Source of the DNA: an uncultured Gammaproteobacteria bacterium
GTDB lineage: Bacteria > Patescibacteriota > Microgenomatia > 2-02-FULL-39-11
Direction of reading: 5' to 3'
NCBI GenBank assembly: GCA_964362665.1
Contig: CAYIFB010000003.1
Location: 27,836 to 88,384 of the forward strand
Length of the DNA: 60,549 nucleotides
The notes beneath the pieces are model-generated. The model was not told the DNA's origin and did no database searches. It worked only from the letters and a program-made list of their open reading frames with translations. The position numbers and the translations under genes were made by a program. Positions 35,498 through 45,479 of this stretch are shown piece by piece; within the stretch, counting starts at the first letter, position 1, and each line of letters begins with the position of its first letter.

Positions 35498-37351
35498 ATG
35501 GAATTATCCTTTCTTAAACAATTAAACCCCGCACAGCGCATAGCTGTTGAAGAAACAGAAGGCCCTGTTTTAATATTAGCCGGAGCTGGATCCGGTAAAA
35601 CACGAGTTTTAACTAATAAAGTTGCCTACCTTATTTTACAGAAGAAAATACCCGCGCAAAATATTCTGATGGTCACATTCACCAATAAAGCAGCCGGAGA
35701 AATGAAATCAAGAATCAGTCATCTACTGGAGATCGATAATGGCAGTTTAACCTCCTCCTCGACATCCCACCTTCCATTTGCAGGCACATTTCACTCCTTT
35801 TGTGCCAAATTACTGCGCCTGGAAGGCACCCTTCTCGGATTTAATCCTAATTTCCTGATTTATGATGAAATAGATAAAAAAGATGCCATAAAAGAAATTC
35901 TGACTGGTCTCAATCTGGATCTTAAGATCAACAGTCCGGCGGTTATCGGATCGATGATTTCCGGGGCCAAAAACGAACTGATTTCCGCCAGAGAATATCT
36001 GAATATCGCTCAAGGACACTTCCAGCAAAAAGTCGCAAGCATTTATCTGTCTTATGAAAAACTTTTAAAAGAAAATAACGCTCTGGATTTTGATGATCTG
36101 ATCTTCACCGTCATAAAACTTTTTCGGGAAAATAAAAATATCAGCTTGAAGTACCAGGAGATTTATAAATATATTCTTATCGACGAATACCAGGATACTA
36201 ACCGTGCCCAATACGAATTGGGTAGGATCTTAAGCCGGAAATGGAAAAATATCTGTGTTGTAGGCGATGCTTCACAAAGCATTTATGCCTGGAGAGGGGC
36301 AGATTACCAAAATATTGTCAAATTCAAAGAGGATTTCCCTAATTGCCGGATATTTAATTTGGAGCAAAATTACCGGTCGACCCAAAATATATTAGATGCT
36401 GCTTTCGCCGTCATCTCCCAAAACCGGTCTCATCCAATCTTAAAACTTTGGACAAGCAACAATAAAGGTGAATCTATCACGGTTTACCAAGCCAGAAATG
36501 AACAGGATGAGGCAAAATTCATTATCCAGGAAATATTAACTGATCAAAAAAATATTAACTTTTCGGATTATGCTGTTTTATACCGTACCAACGCGCAAAG
36601 CCGGGTAATAGAAGAAGTCTTTTTACATTTGGGAGTTCCCTATATGCTTGTCGGGGGTGTCAGATTTTATGAAAGAAAAGAAATTAAAGATCTTTTAGCG
36701 TATCTCCGGCTCTTGTCTAATCCCGCAGATAGAATTTCCCAAAAAAGAATAGAAAAATTAGGTAAAAAAAGGCTGCAAATTTTTTTAGACTTTAGAGAAA
36801 AATTCACATCAAGTAATTTACAATCCGAAAAATCCACTCTGGAAATACTGGACGAAACTCTGAAAGTTACCGCGTACCTGGAACGCTTTAATGCCACGGA
36901 CAGCGAAGATCTGAATCGGTTGGAAAACATCAAGGAATTAAGGTCGGTCGCGGCGCAGTTTCGCATACTCTGGCAGTTTTTGGAAAATGTGTCTCTTGTC
37001 GAGCGGGAATATCTTCCTGAAACACCCACCCTGGGGGGTGAAAATAAAAAAGCCGTTACTCTCATGACTATGCATGCAGCTAAAGGGCTGGAATTTAAAA
37101 AAGTATTTATAGTAGGCATGGAAGAAGGGCTTTTCCCCCACTCAAGAACACTTCTTGATCCGCGTGAGCTTGAGGAAGAACGACGCTTGTGTTATGTGGC
37201 GATAACCCGGGCCAAAGAGAAACTGTATTTGACCTATGCCACTCAAAGGCTCTATTTTGGCCAGAGAAATTCCAATGACGTTTCCCGATTTATTCTGGAA
37301 ATACCCGATTATTTGAGGAATTTAGTTCTGACAGCTGACTACTCTATTTGA
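35498..37351 (+). CDS. pcrA: UvrD/PcrA-type ATP-dependent DNA helicase (compact)
   Basis: 617 aa. Walker A AGAGSGKTR, motif II IDEYQDTN, VVGDASQSIYAWRGA, TMHAAKGLEF, RRLCYVAITRAK. Confidence 0.9.
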   Translation: MELSFLKQLNPAQRIAVEETEGPVLILAGAGSGKTRVLTNKVAYLILQKKIPAQNILMVTFTNKAAGEMKSRISHLLEIDNGSLTSSSTSHLPFAGTFHSFCAKLLRLEGTLLGFNPNFLIYDEIDKKDAIKEILTGLNLDLKINSPAVIGSMISGAKNELISAREYLNIAQGHFQQKVASIYLSYEKLLKENNALDFDDLIFTVIKLFRENKNISLKYQEIYKYILIDEYQDTNRAQYELGRILSRKWKNICVVGDASQSIYAWRGADYQNIVKFKEDFPNCRIFNLEQNYRSTQNILDAAFAVISQNRSHPILKLWTSNNKGESITVYQARNEQDEAKFIIQEILTDQKNINFSDYAVLYRTNAQSRVIEEVFLHLGVPYMLVGGVRFYERKEIKDLLAYLRLLSNPADRISQKRIEKLGKKRLQIFLDFREKFTSSNLQSEKSTLEILDETLKVTAYLERFNATDSEDLNRLENIKELRSVAAQFRILWQFLENVSLVEREYLPETPTLGGENKKAVTLMTMHAAKGLEFKKVFIVGMEEGLFPHSRTLLDPRELEEERRLCYVAITRAKEKLYLTYATQRLYFGQRNSNDVSRFILEIPDYLRNLVLTADYSI

Positions 37352-37762
37352 TCCGGCATGGTAAGAATAGGTTGTGTTGTTATACGATAAATCAATAGTA
37401 AATCCCGGAATAATAACCTGGGCATATAACTTGCCTTTTTGGGGGCATCCCAGACTGGCATCGTTCCATTTATGCTCATCTGAATTTACTACAGTAATGA
37501 GAGTTTTATCGATCTTTAATTTCCCAGCTAAATCATCGAGCGCTTTATCAATATAATCAGACGGAGTCAAAGCTTTGGGTCTGGTAATTAGAACTGTAAC
37601 AGTCGGGCTGGTTTCAAGAGAAGACGTCGGGCTTTTCAAAAATCCTAAGCCTAAATATTTGGTCTTTTGTGTGACGGCCATTGCAATAAAAACCACTATG
37701 ATTATTGTCGCTGCAAGAATCCATTTATGAAAGTTATCTTCCTTTGCTAATTTCTCCTTCAT
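37322..37762 (-). CDS. Membrane-anchored hypothetical protein
   Basis: Start set at the ATG (MKEKLAKED). One TM helix (ILAATIIIVVFIAMAV) and a ~100-aa outer domain. The 3' end overlaps convergent pcrA by 30 nt. Confidence 0.5.
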   Translation of the reverse strand: MKEKLAKEDNFHKWILAATIIIVVFIAMAVTQKTKYLGLGFLKSPTSSLETSPTVTVLITRPKALTPSDYIDKALDDLAGKLKIDKTLITVVNSDEHKWNDASLGCPQKGKLYAQVIIPGFTIDLSYNNTTYSYHAGSNRVVSCQN

Positions 37763-37812
37763 CTTTTTGTTCTCTCCTGATATATGATAACATAAATCTT
37801 GGGTTATCAGAT

Positions 37813-38841
37813 ATGACAAATGTTGAAGAAGTTACAAGTGAATATAAAAGCCAATTTAACCTGCTTGCAACTCATCCCTTACAGTCATGGGAATGGGGAG
37901 AATTCAGGCAAAAAACAGGAATTAAAGTCGTGCGTCTGGGAATATTTCAAAACAAAAAACTGACCGAAGCTTTACAGTTCACAGTCCATCCGATCCCCTT
38001 CACCAAATTCAATATCGGCTATCTACCTAAGTCAGGAAATGTAAGTCCGACTATGTTAAAAGCTTTGTTGGAATTTGGTAAAAAATTGGATTGTATTTTT
38101 ATCAAACTTGAGCCGAACATCTCCAGGGATGATTTTAAAACTTGGCAATATGATGAAAGTATTAAATTAGTTTTCTCTCCTCATCCTCTTTTTACAAAGT
38201 ACACCTTTCAGTTGAATCTGACAAAAAGTGAGGAAGATTTACTCAAAGCCATGCATCCAAAAACCCGCTATAACATTAAAATTGCACAAAAAAACGGAGT
38301 GGTTGTTATGGAAGATAACTGCGAAGAAGCGTTTAATAATTATCTGAAGCTCATGACGGAAACAACTATCAGACAGAAATTTTTTGCGCATAACGCTCGC
38401 TATCATACCCTCATGTGGGAAACTCTGCGTGGTACAAAAATTGCCCATTTATTTACGGCTGTTTATCCTCATGAAAATAAACGCCATGTTTTGGCGGCCT
38501 GGATACTTTTTTTATTTAACGGCTGTTTGTATTATCCGTATGGAGCCTCAAGCGTACTTTTTAAAAACGTCATGGCCTCAAATCTGATGATGTGGGAAGC
38601 CATTAAGTTTGGAAAAAATAATAAGGCTGAAATCTTTGATATGTGGGGATCTCTCGGACCTGATGCCGGTCCAAAAGATGCCTGGTACGGATTTCATAAA
38701 TTTAAACAGGGCTACGGACCTGCGCTCGTAGAACTGGCTGGCAGTTTTGACCTGGTAATAAATAAAAACGTTTACCTTCTTTATAATATTATGTATTTTA
38801 TACGCCAATTAATTCTGAAGTTGAAAAGTCACCTCCGCTGA
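37813..38841 (+). CDS. FemAB-family peptidoglycan interpeptide-bridge aminoacyltransferase
   Basis: Start set at ATG 37813 (MTNVEE). Twin GNAT-like architecture, C-terminal FHKFKQGYG typical of FemX/FemAB. Confidence 0.78.
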   Translation: MTNVEEVTSEYKSQFNLLATHPLQSWEWGEFRQKTGIKVVRLGIFQNKKLTEALQFTVHPIPFTKFNIGYLPKSGNVSPTMLKALLEFGKKLDCIFIKLEPNISRDDFKTWQYDESIKLVFSPHPLFTKYTFQLNLTKSEEDLLKAMHPKTRYNIKIAQKNGVVVMEDNCEEAFNNYLKLMTETTIRQKFFAHNARYHTLMWETLRGTKIAHLFTAVYPHENKRHVLAAWILFLFNGCLYYPYGASSVLFKNVMASNLMMWEAIKFGKNNKAEIFDMWGSLGPDAGPKDAWYGFHKFKQGYGPALVELAGSFDLVINKNVYLLYNIMYFIRQLILKLKSHLR

Positions 38842-38867
38842 AGAATCGGATAAACATAACCTAATTA

Positions 38868-40472
38868 ATGTATAAACAAATAACATCTTCCCGTTATTCT
38901 AATTTATTGATTGGTGTTGTTTTACTTCTGATAACACTCGCGGCTTATTTCAATATTCTGCAAAACAAACTTTTCTTTGACGATGAAGAGCTTATCTATA
39001 AAAATAAATACATCCAGAATCTTTCCTATCTGCCTAGGTTTTTTACCCAAAACATGATTGCCGGAGCAGGAAAAATCAGCAATATGTACCGGCCGCTTCT
39101 GCTTTTATCCTTGGCCTTAGATTACCGTCTCTGGAATTTAAACCCTATGGGATATCACCTGACGAGCATCATTCTTCATTTTTTAAATGGTTGGCTGGTT
39201 TTTCTGATTTTGCAAAAATTATTTAAAAATAAATTCATATCCTTTTTTACATCTCTTTTGTTTATCGTTCATCCCATTCAGACTGAAGCTGTCGCCTATG
39301 CATCAGGACGCACTGATCCTTTGTTTACTTTCTTTCTTCTTGGAAGTTTATGGTTCTCTATTTCTTATTTAAAAAGTCAGAAATCTAGCATCGCACTTTT
39401 TATCGGATCTGTAATTCTTTTCATTTTTTCTCTTTTATCAAAAGAGTCAGCGGTAATTTTACCTCTTCTCACCGTTTTAATGCTAATTGTTATGGAAAAT
39501 AAAAACTTGTCTAGGTTTAAAACGGTACTTCTTGTTGGTGTTTATCTAACAGTTGATTTGATCTACATTATCCTCCGTCTGACCAAACTCAACTTCCTCA
39601 ATTCCTTTAATTTTTATGATGTTCCCACTTTATACAGCAGTCATCTTGGGATCAGGTTATTTACTTTCAGCAAAGTTTTTTTTGATTACCTTCTGGTACT
39701 ATTTTTTCCTCAAGATCTCATTGTTGCCCGAAAACCCGATATAATAACTTCGATTTTTAATCCCTGGGTATTATTTTTTGCCGTTTTTCTAATAGTCGCA
39801 ATTTTTATAAGCGTTCAAAAAAGAAAATCTAATAAAATTTATTTTTTCTCTTTAACCTGGTTTTTTATTACCATTCTGCCTGTATCAGGAATAGTACCCA
39901 TAAATAATATTGAGTCTGAACACTATTTATATCTTCCTTCAATTGCTGTTTTTTCACTTATCTCTTTTCTAATTTATAAAAATTGGATTTACTTGAAGAA
40001 TAATGAAATAAAAAGACTGATCGGTGTTTTGGTAATTTTGGGAATTCTATTATTATTTTTCCGGACAGTCGTCAGAAATTATGATTGGAGAGATCCTGAG
40101 TCTTTTTATACTTTGAGCTTGAAACAGTCTCCCTGGAATATCAATATGAGACATAATCTGGCCATGACCTATTCTGAAAACGGAAAAATAAATGAGGCGA
40201 TCTTGTCCTATCAGCGGATAATAGGATTAAATAACAATTTTCCCAACGCCCATCATAATCTGGCCAATATCTACAGAAAATCAGGGCTTTATACTGAAGC
40301 TGAAACAGAATATTTGAAAGCCTTAGAGATTGATCCGAATTTTTATTTCAGCTATTTTTCCCTGTCTGAAATGTATCGGGAAACTCAACAGTTGGAAAAA
40401 CTTCAGAAAATATTAGATAAAATTAAAAATATAAAAAAGCTTGAGGAAATTTATACCTTACAACAGAAATAA
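38868..40472 (+). CDS. GT-C-fold membrane glycosyltransferase with C-terminal TPR repeats (TMTC/PMT-like)
   Basis: 534 aa. First-loop motif FFDDEELIYKN, about 10 TM helices, C-terminal TPR units (AILSYQRIIGLNNNFPNAHHNLANIYRKSGLYTEAETEYLKALEIDPN). Confidence 0.75.
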   Translation: MYKQITSSRYSNLLIGVVLLLITLAAYFNILQNKLFFDDEELIYKNKYIQNLSYLPRFFTQNMIAGAGKISNMYRPLLLLSLALDYRLWNLNPMGYHLTSIILHFLNGWLVFLILQKLFKNKFISFFTSLLFIVHPIQTEAVAYASGRTDPLFTFFLLGSLWFSISYLKSQKSSIALFIGSVILFIFSLLSKESAVILPLLTVLMLIVMENKNLSRFKTVLLVGVYLTVDLIYIILRLTKLNFLNSFNFYDVPTLYSSHLGIRLFTFSKVFFDYLLVLFFPQDLIVARKPDIITSIFNPWVLFFAVFLIVAIFISVQKRKSNKIYFFSLTWFFITILPVSGIVPINNIESEHYLYLPSIAVFSLISFLIYKNWIYLKNNEIKRLIGVLVILGILLLFFRTVVRNYDWRDPESFYTLSLKQSPWNINMRHNLAMTYSENGKINEAILSYQRIIGLNNNFPNAHHNLANIYRKSGLYTEAETEYLKALEIDPNFYFSYFSLSEMYRETQQLEKLQKILDKIKNIKKLEEIYTLQQK

Positions 40473-40490
40473 CGCGTAATCTAATAACTT

Positions 40491-41336
40491 ATGACGAAAG
40501 ATATACGGCAATCGGTTCGCTTTGCAGAATTTATGACAAGTATAGGCTGGCAGGCGTTAAAAATAAATTCATCTTTGTGTTACCTGCGGAAAATGCCCTT
40601 TATGAGTAATTTTGCAAAAATTCCGAGGCCCCAGCAAATATATTCTCAAGACGATTATAAATTATTTATCCGCGAAAATAATATTTTTAAGTTAAAAATT
40701 TCACCTTTTATTCAAACTGATGATAAAAAATTTCAAAAGAAAAAAAACCAACTTTTATCTAACGATTTTACCATCGATATGAATCCGTTTAATCCGACAA
40801 CTACTATAGAAATAAACTTAAAAAAACCGATTGAAGTCCTTTTTCATAATTTTTCCCAAGCCAAAAGAAGAGCGGTCAGGCGGGCGCTCAAAAACAAGAT
40901 TGAGGTCAAAATCAGCAGCGATATCGAGTCTTTTGTCAGAATCCGCCAAAGTCAATATTTTCCCTTCGGTTTTCTGGTAAACAAAGAAACCAGAAACATC
41001 TGGCAAAATTTTACACCCCAAAATGCAACGCTTCTATTGGCTTATCAAAAATCGAACCCCCGACCCTTAGCCGGAATATTGCTGCTCTTTTTTAATCAAA
41101 TTTCCTATTATTGGTTTGCCTCCGCTCTTCCTCTGGGGAAAAAACTTTTTGCCCCAACTCTTCTGGTGTATGAAGCTTTAAAACTGTCACAAAAAGCGGG
41201 CTGCGAAAGATTTGATTTTGAAGGAATTTATGATCCCCGCTTTCCCAAGGCCGCAGAAAGCTGGAAGGGGTTTACCAGATTTAAGGAAGGCTTCGGAGGA
41301 AAAATAATCACCTACTGTGAGAATTTGACCAATTAA
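40491..41336 (+). CDS. FemAB-like / GNAT-fold peptidoglycan bridge-formation protein (shorter paralog type)
   Basis: 281 aa. C-terminal WKGFTRFKEGFGG parallels the FemAB signature seen in 37813..38841. Confidence 0.6.
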   Translation: MTKDIRQSVRFAEFMTSIGWQALKINSSLCYLRKMPFMSNFAKIPRPQQIYSQDDYKLFIRENNIFKLKISPFIQTDDKKFQKKKNQLLSNDFTIDMNPFNPTTTIEINLKKPIEVLFHNFSQAKRRAVRRALKNKIEVKISSDIESFVRIRQSQYFPFGFLVNKETRNIWQNFTPQNATLLLAYQKSNPRPLAGILLLFFNQISYYWFASALPLGKKLFAPTLLVYEALKLSQKAGCERFDFEGIYDPRFPKAAESWKGFTRFKEGFGGKIITYCENLTN

Positions 41337-42115
41337 ATATCGTTAATTATATCCAGCCACTCAACTTCAAGATCTGGATATTTTTCTCTGACTTTCTCCA
41401 TCAATGCTCGTACTCCAAAAACTTCTGTCGCGTAGTGGCCTCCGGCAATAAAGTTGATCTTTGCTTCACGGAAAAGTTCCCTATTCCATTCATGTACCTC
41501 TCCGGTAATAAATAAGTCTATCTTTTCTTCAATCAGATCATGCATCACTGGCGGTCTAGGCGCTCCCATACCGGAAATCGCCACAACCCTTTTTACGATT
41601 CTTGGTCCAAATTGATATTTCACCGCTCTTTTACTTATATATGAAGAAAGTATCTTCTCTATTTTAGAAATCTCTTTTTCTTCTTCACATTCTCCTACTA
41701 AACCCCATGGGTCACCGTGATGTAAATAGGGCTTTACCGGTTTTGCTCCGATCGTTTTCAAAATCTGTATATTGTTTCCTACCTCGGGATGCGCGTCCAA
41801 AAGAAAATGGTAGCCGAAAAGTGATATATCATTTTTAAGCAAATACCCTATTCTATTTTGAAAAATAAGGTCATAACGGTTATATGAAGGGAAATTAAAT
41901 GAGTGATGAACAATCAGTGCGTCACACTCTGAACTAATGGCCTTTTCAAATAAGGCAAGTGATGCCGATACTCCAAAACCAACTTTTTTTACTTCCTCTT
42001 TACCTCGCACCATCAATCCGTTTGTCATAAAGGGATCGATTTTGGCAATATCCAATTTTTTGTCAAAATTGAGATAGCCGTCTAAATATACCTGTAGTTG
42101 AGAAAGTGAAACCAT
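41333..42115 (-). CDS. Nif3-family dinuclear metal-centre protein
   Basis: 260 aa. Nif3 N-terminus (NGLMVRGKEEVKKVGFGVSASLALFEKAISSECDALIVHH) and C-terminal GHYATE. Confidence 0.85.
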   Translation of the reverse strand: MVSLSQLQVYLDGYLNFDKKLDIAKIDPFMTNGLMVRGKEEVKKVGFGVSASLALFEKAISSECDALIVHHSFNFPSYNRYDLIFQNRIGYLLKNDISLFGYHFLLDAHPEVGNNIQILKTIGAKPVKPYLHHGDPWGLVGECEEEKEISKIEKILSSYISKRAVKYQFGPRIVKRVVAISGMGAPRPPVMHDLIEEKIDLFITGEVHEWNRELFREAKINFIAGGHYATEVFGVRALMEKVREKYPDLEVEWLDIINDI

Positions 42116-42159
42116 GAATACAATTATAACTTGTTTATTTACTAATTGTTATTTGTATT

Positions 42160-45090
42160 TTACTGCCAGGCCTCACAGATAAGACGAAAATCACAAAAGG
42201 TGCACCACGTTCCAACCTTTGCTTTAAACTTTCCCGCTTCTATTTCCCGTGCTATTTCAATCAGTCGTTCTTTTGCAGAGTCTAACTGTTCTTTAGTTCT
42301 GGTTGAGGAAATTTTTTCCTGATTGCCCAAAAAATAAAATGATAAAATCACTTCTTCAATTTGTTTATGGTAGATTCCTTTATCTGTTGCAGCCATAGCA
42401 TAAACAGTCATTTGCAGATCGTCTTTGATTTCTTTAGGACTTTTCATTTTGCCTGTTTTATAATCGACAATTTCAATTTTTCCCTGTCCCAGATCGTCCA
42501 CGCGGTCAATTTTGCCCCCGATTTTCAGTTTGTCATCAAGCCGGATGGTAAATAATTGTTCCAGTTCCAAAGGTATTTCTTTTGCCTGATAAAATTTATC
42601 AAAATAATCGGTTAACATTTTCTCTCCTCTTTGGTACATTTTTTCCTCAAAGGCGCGGTTTTTATACCCAACCGGCAGCCAAACTTTGTCTAAGATATTT
42701 AATAAATCTTTTTTGGTAACTTTTTTTCTTGCCCGGACCATTTCATAAAATTTCTGCAGGGCAAGGTGAATCGATGACCCGAAAGAAGCGGCGCTAGAAA
42801 TAGGAACAGGGATTTTCAAAACATAACGGTATTTGTACTGCAACGGACAGGTCAGGTAAGTTGAGATTCTAGTATAAGACAGATAATTTACCGGTGGGAA
42901 TACTTTTTTTTCTTCAACTTGCGGATATTTTTTGTATTGGAGAAGTGATAATTGTTTGACACTCTCAGAAGTTGATGATAATAAGTCAATTCCCAAGGTT
43001 TCGTAAACGAACGGGGAAATTTTTCTTTCTCTTTTGCCGTCTCCGTAAAACGTCGAAGCGGAAAAAAATAACCGGTCACGGGCACGGGTTGCAGCGACAT
43101 AAAATAACCTTCTTTCTTCCTGAAGGTGAAAATCGCCCTCCGGCAAAATTTCTTTAATCAAACTCTCGGGAAGTGGTATTTTTTCTTTTCTTTCTCTGGA
43201 GGGAAACCGGCCTGCCACCAAATTTACCAGAAAAACCGCTTTGAATTCCAAACCCTTGCTTTGATGTACTGTCAGGATATTGACCGCATCCTGCTCTCTA
43301 GAATCTATCTCCGAAGACCGCGGACTTTCACCAAGTTCCATCGCCATATCCAGATAATCGACCACAGTTTTGACAGAAGCATCTTCCTCTCTGGTTTCGA
43401 AACTTTTTATCCGGTCAAAAAACTTGGAAATATTCAGCGCTTCTCTTTCCTCATAAGCACTTTTATACTCTGTAATTTTTTGAAGCAGACCTGTATCTTC
43501 CAGAAAAAAATAGAGAATCTGGCCGGCAGAGTTTTTTTTAGTCAGAGACAAGTGCTTTTCAATCATCCGGTAAATTTTTGATAATAGCTCAAAAGTTTTT
43601 TGAGAAAGATGAGGCAGATATTGCCGATAATTTTTTTTCCTGCTCCAGTGATCCTGATCGTCTATTTCGTAGGCAATAACGACTTCAAGAGCCTCAAAAA
43701 GAGACAAACCTAGCTTCTCTGCAAAATTCATCATAAAAGTCAGCTCTCTCATCTCCATATTAAAGATAGACATTGAAAGTACCCTGAAAAATGCTACAGA
43801 ATCAGTAAGATTGTTCAGACACTTAAGATACGCGATAAGATCTTTTACTTCCTTTTGTTTAAAAAGCATTGACGGACCAAGAATCTGGTAAGGCAAGCCG
43901 TGCCTTATCAAGCTATGCACAAACGGTTCTGCATGATTATTGGCGCGGACGAGTATTGCAAAATCACTCCATAACCACCTTTTCTCTTCATGAAGCGTTT
44001 TGATTTTTTTTATCACTTCTTCTGCTTCATCCTCGACTCTATTCTTATATAAAAATTCTATTTTTTCTCCTGTTTCGTTCCGCGCCGAGATCAATTTTTT
44101 GCTGATTTTTTCTTTGATCTCCAGGCGATCGGGGTTATTGTTTTGGATTAATTTGTAGGAAGTTGTCAATATTTCTTCAGTCGATCTGTAATTTTTATTC
44201 AATACTATGATCTTTGCGTTTTTAAATTTTTTCCGAAACTGGACAATATTGGAAATGGCTGCACCCCTCCATCTATAGATCGCTTGGTCATCGTCACCCA
44301 CAACTGTAATGTTTTTCTTTTCTCCTGTAAGAAGTATGGCAATTGTATTTTGGGCAATGTTGGTGTCCTGAAATTCATCAATCAGCAGGTATTTATACTT
44401 TTTTTGATATTCCTTCAAGACGTTTTTGCGAGTCCGGAAAAGTTTCAAAGTGTTACTGATCAGGTCAGCAAAGTCCATTACTCCTTCCTTTTCTTTCATC
44501 TCCTCATATTTCTTATAAGCTTGTGCTAATTCCAAATATTTCTCTGCGTCTAATTTTTCACCTTGCTTATCACTTTGAACTTGAGCCCAACGAAGATATT
44601 CGCCGGACTCTATGTCTTCATCCTGCAGTCTGGCGAAATGGGTGAGCAAACTGACGATAAATTTATAAGGATTTCCCATCGGCCGATAATAATCAAGATC
44701 AAAACGGAAGATATTTTTGCGCAAAAAAATCACCGCTTCTGCTTCACTCATCATACGAAATCCCGGATCAAGACCGATCTCTAATGCATCCGCACGCAGA
44801 ACTTTCTCGCAAAATGCATGAAAGGTGCTGATCCATAACTCTGTATATCCGTACGGGAGAGCCTTATCAACTCTATCTTCCATCTCCAGAGCTGCTTTTT
44901 GGGTAAAAGTGAGAGCCAGAATTTCAGCTGGAGTTGCCAGTTTTTTGCTGATGAACCAATTAATACGCTCGGTAATGACGGTTGTTTTTCCTGTTCCTGC
45001 TCCGGCGATAATCAGAAGAGGTCCTTTTGTATACCTGACCGCCTTCATCTGTTCTTTATTTAATTTTTTGTCATTAATATTTTTGTTCAT
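42160..45090 (-). CDS. Fused UvrD-type helicase / PD-(D/E)xK nuclease with a Cys4 cluster (AddA/AddB- or Cas4-like nuclease end)
   Basis: 976 aa. Walker A AGAGTGKTT, motif II IDEFQDTN, nuclease GKIDRVDD...IEIVDYKTGK, cysteines YLTCPLQY plus WCTFCDFRLIC. Confidence 0.9.
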   Translation of the reverse strand: MNKNINDKKLNKEQMKAVRYTKGPLLIIAGAGTGKTTVITERINWFISKKLATPAEILALTFTQKAALEMEDRVDKALPYGYTELWISTFHAFCEKVLRADALEIGLDPGFRMMSEAEAVIFLRKNIFRFDLDYYRPMGNPYKFIVSLLTHFARLQDEDIESGEYLRWAQVQSDKQGEKLDAEKYLELAQAYKKYEEMKEKEGVMDFADLISNTLKLFRTRKNVLKEYQKKYKYLLIDEFQDTNIAQNTIAILLTGEKKNITVVGDDDQAIYRWRGAAISNIVQFRKKFKNAKIIVLNKNYRSTEEILTTSYKLIQNNNPDRLEIKEKISKKLISARNETGEKIEFLYKNRVEDEAEEVIKKIKTLHEEKRWLWSDFAILVRANNHAEPFVHSLIRHGLPYQILGPSMLFKQKEVKDLIAYLKCLNNLTDSVAFFRVLSMSIFNMEMRELTFMMNFAEKLGLSLFEALEVVIAYEIDDQDHWSRKKNYRQYLPHLSQKTFELLSKIYRMIEKHLSLTKKNSAGQILYFFLEDTGLLQKITEYKSAYEEREALNISKFFDRIKSFETREEDASVKTVVDYLDMAMELGESPRSSEIDSREQDAVNILTVHQSKGLEFKAVFLVNLVAGRFPSRERKEKIPLPESLIKEILPEGDFHLQEERRLFYVAATRARDRLFFSASTFYGDGKRERKISPFVYETLGIDLLSSTSESVKQLSLLQYKKYPQVEEKKVFPPVNYLSYTRISTYLTCPLQYKYRYVLKIPVPISSAASFGSSIHLALQKFYEMVRARKKVTKKDLLNILDKVWLPVGYKNRAFEEKMYQRGEKMLTDYFDKFYQAKEIPLELEQLFTIRLDDKLKIGGKIDRVDDLGQGKIEIVDYKTGKMKSPKEIKDDLQMTVYAMAATDKGIYHKQIEEVILSFYFLGNQEKISSTRTKEQLDSAKERLIEIAREIEAGKFKAKVGTWCTFCDFRLICEAWQ

Positions 45091-45113
45091 TTTAGCTTCA
45101 ACATTATACCATT
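45082..45113. repeat. 32-nt exact direct repeat, copy 1 (helicase start codon plus 5' flank)
   Basis: TTTGTTCATTTTAGCTTCAACATTATACCATT is identical to 46593-46624. Weaker similarity continues on both sides. Confidence 0.9.
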
Positions 45114-45173
45114 GAATAAATACTGTATCAGGTTATTTTACATTTGATAAAGTATGTGTTAATTTGATGATAA

Positions 45174-45419
45174 ATGATATTTAATTCAAATAATGGGCCT
45201 TTTATTTTTGTGGGAACAATTATAACGATAATGGGTGGATTATTGACTTTTAATCCCGGTTTAATTGATAAACTTAGAAGATTTAATTTAAAACAAATGG
45301 GAGCTTCGGTAGATGAAAAATCCTTTCAGGCTTCTTCCGGTTATTATAAAAAAATGTACTTAATTCTTTTTATTGTAGGTCTAGTCTTTCTCTTTTTAGG
45401 GTTTGTAGTAATTCAATAA
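45174..45419 (+). CDS. Small two-helix membrane protein, hypothetical
   Basis: 81 aa with two hydrophobic helices. Lies inside the segment bounded by the 32-nt repeats. Confidence 0.4.
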   Translation: MIFNSNNGPFIFVGTIITIMGGLLTFNPGLIDKLRRFNLKQMGASVDEKSFQASSGYYKKMYLILFIVGLVFLFLGFVVIQ

Positions 45420-45479
45420 GAAATCTCTAACTTCTTGATCGTTTTATTTCTTCTCTCGTCTTATCTGACTAATAATAGA

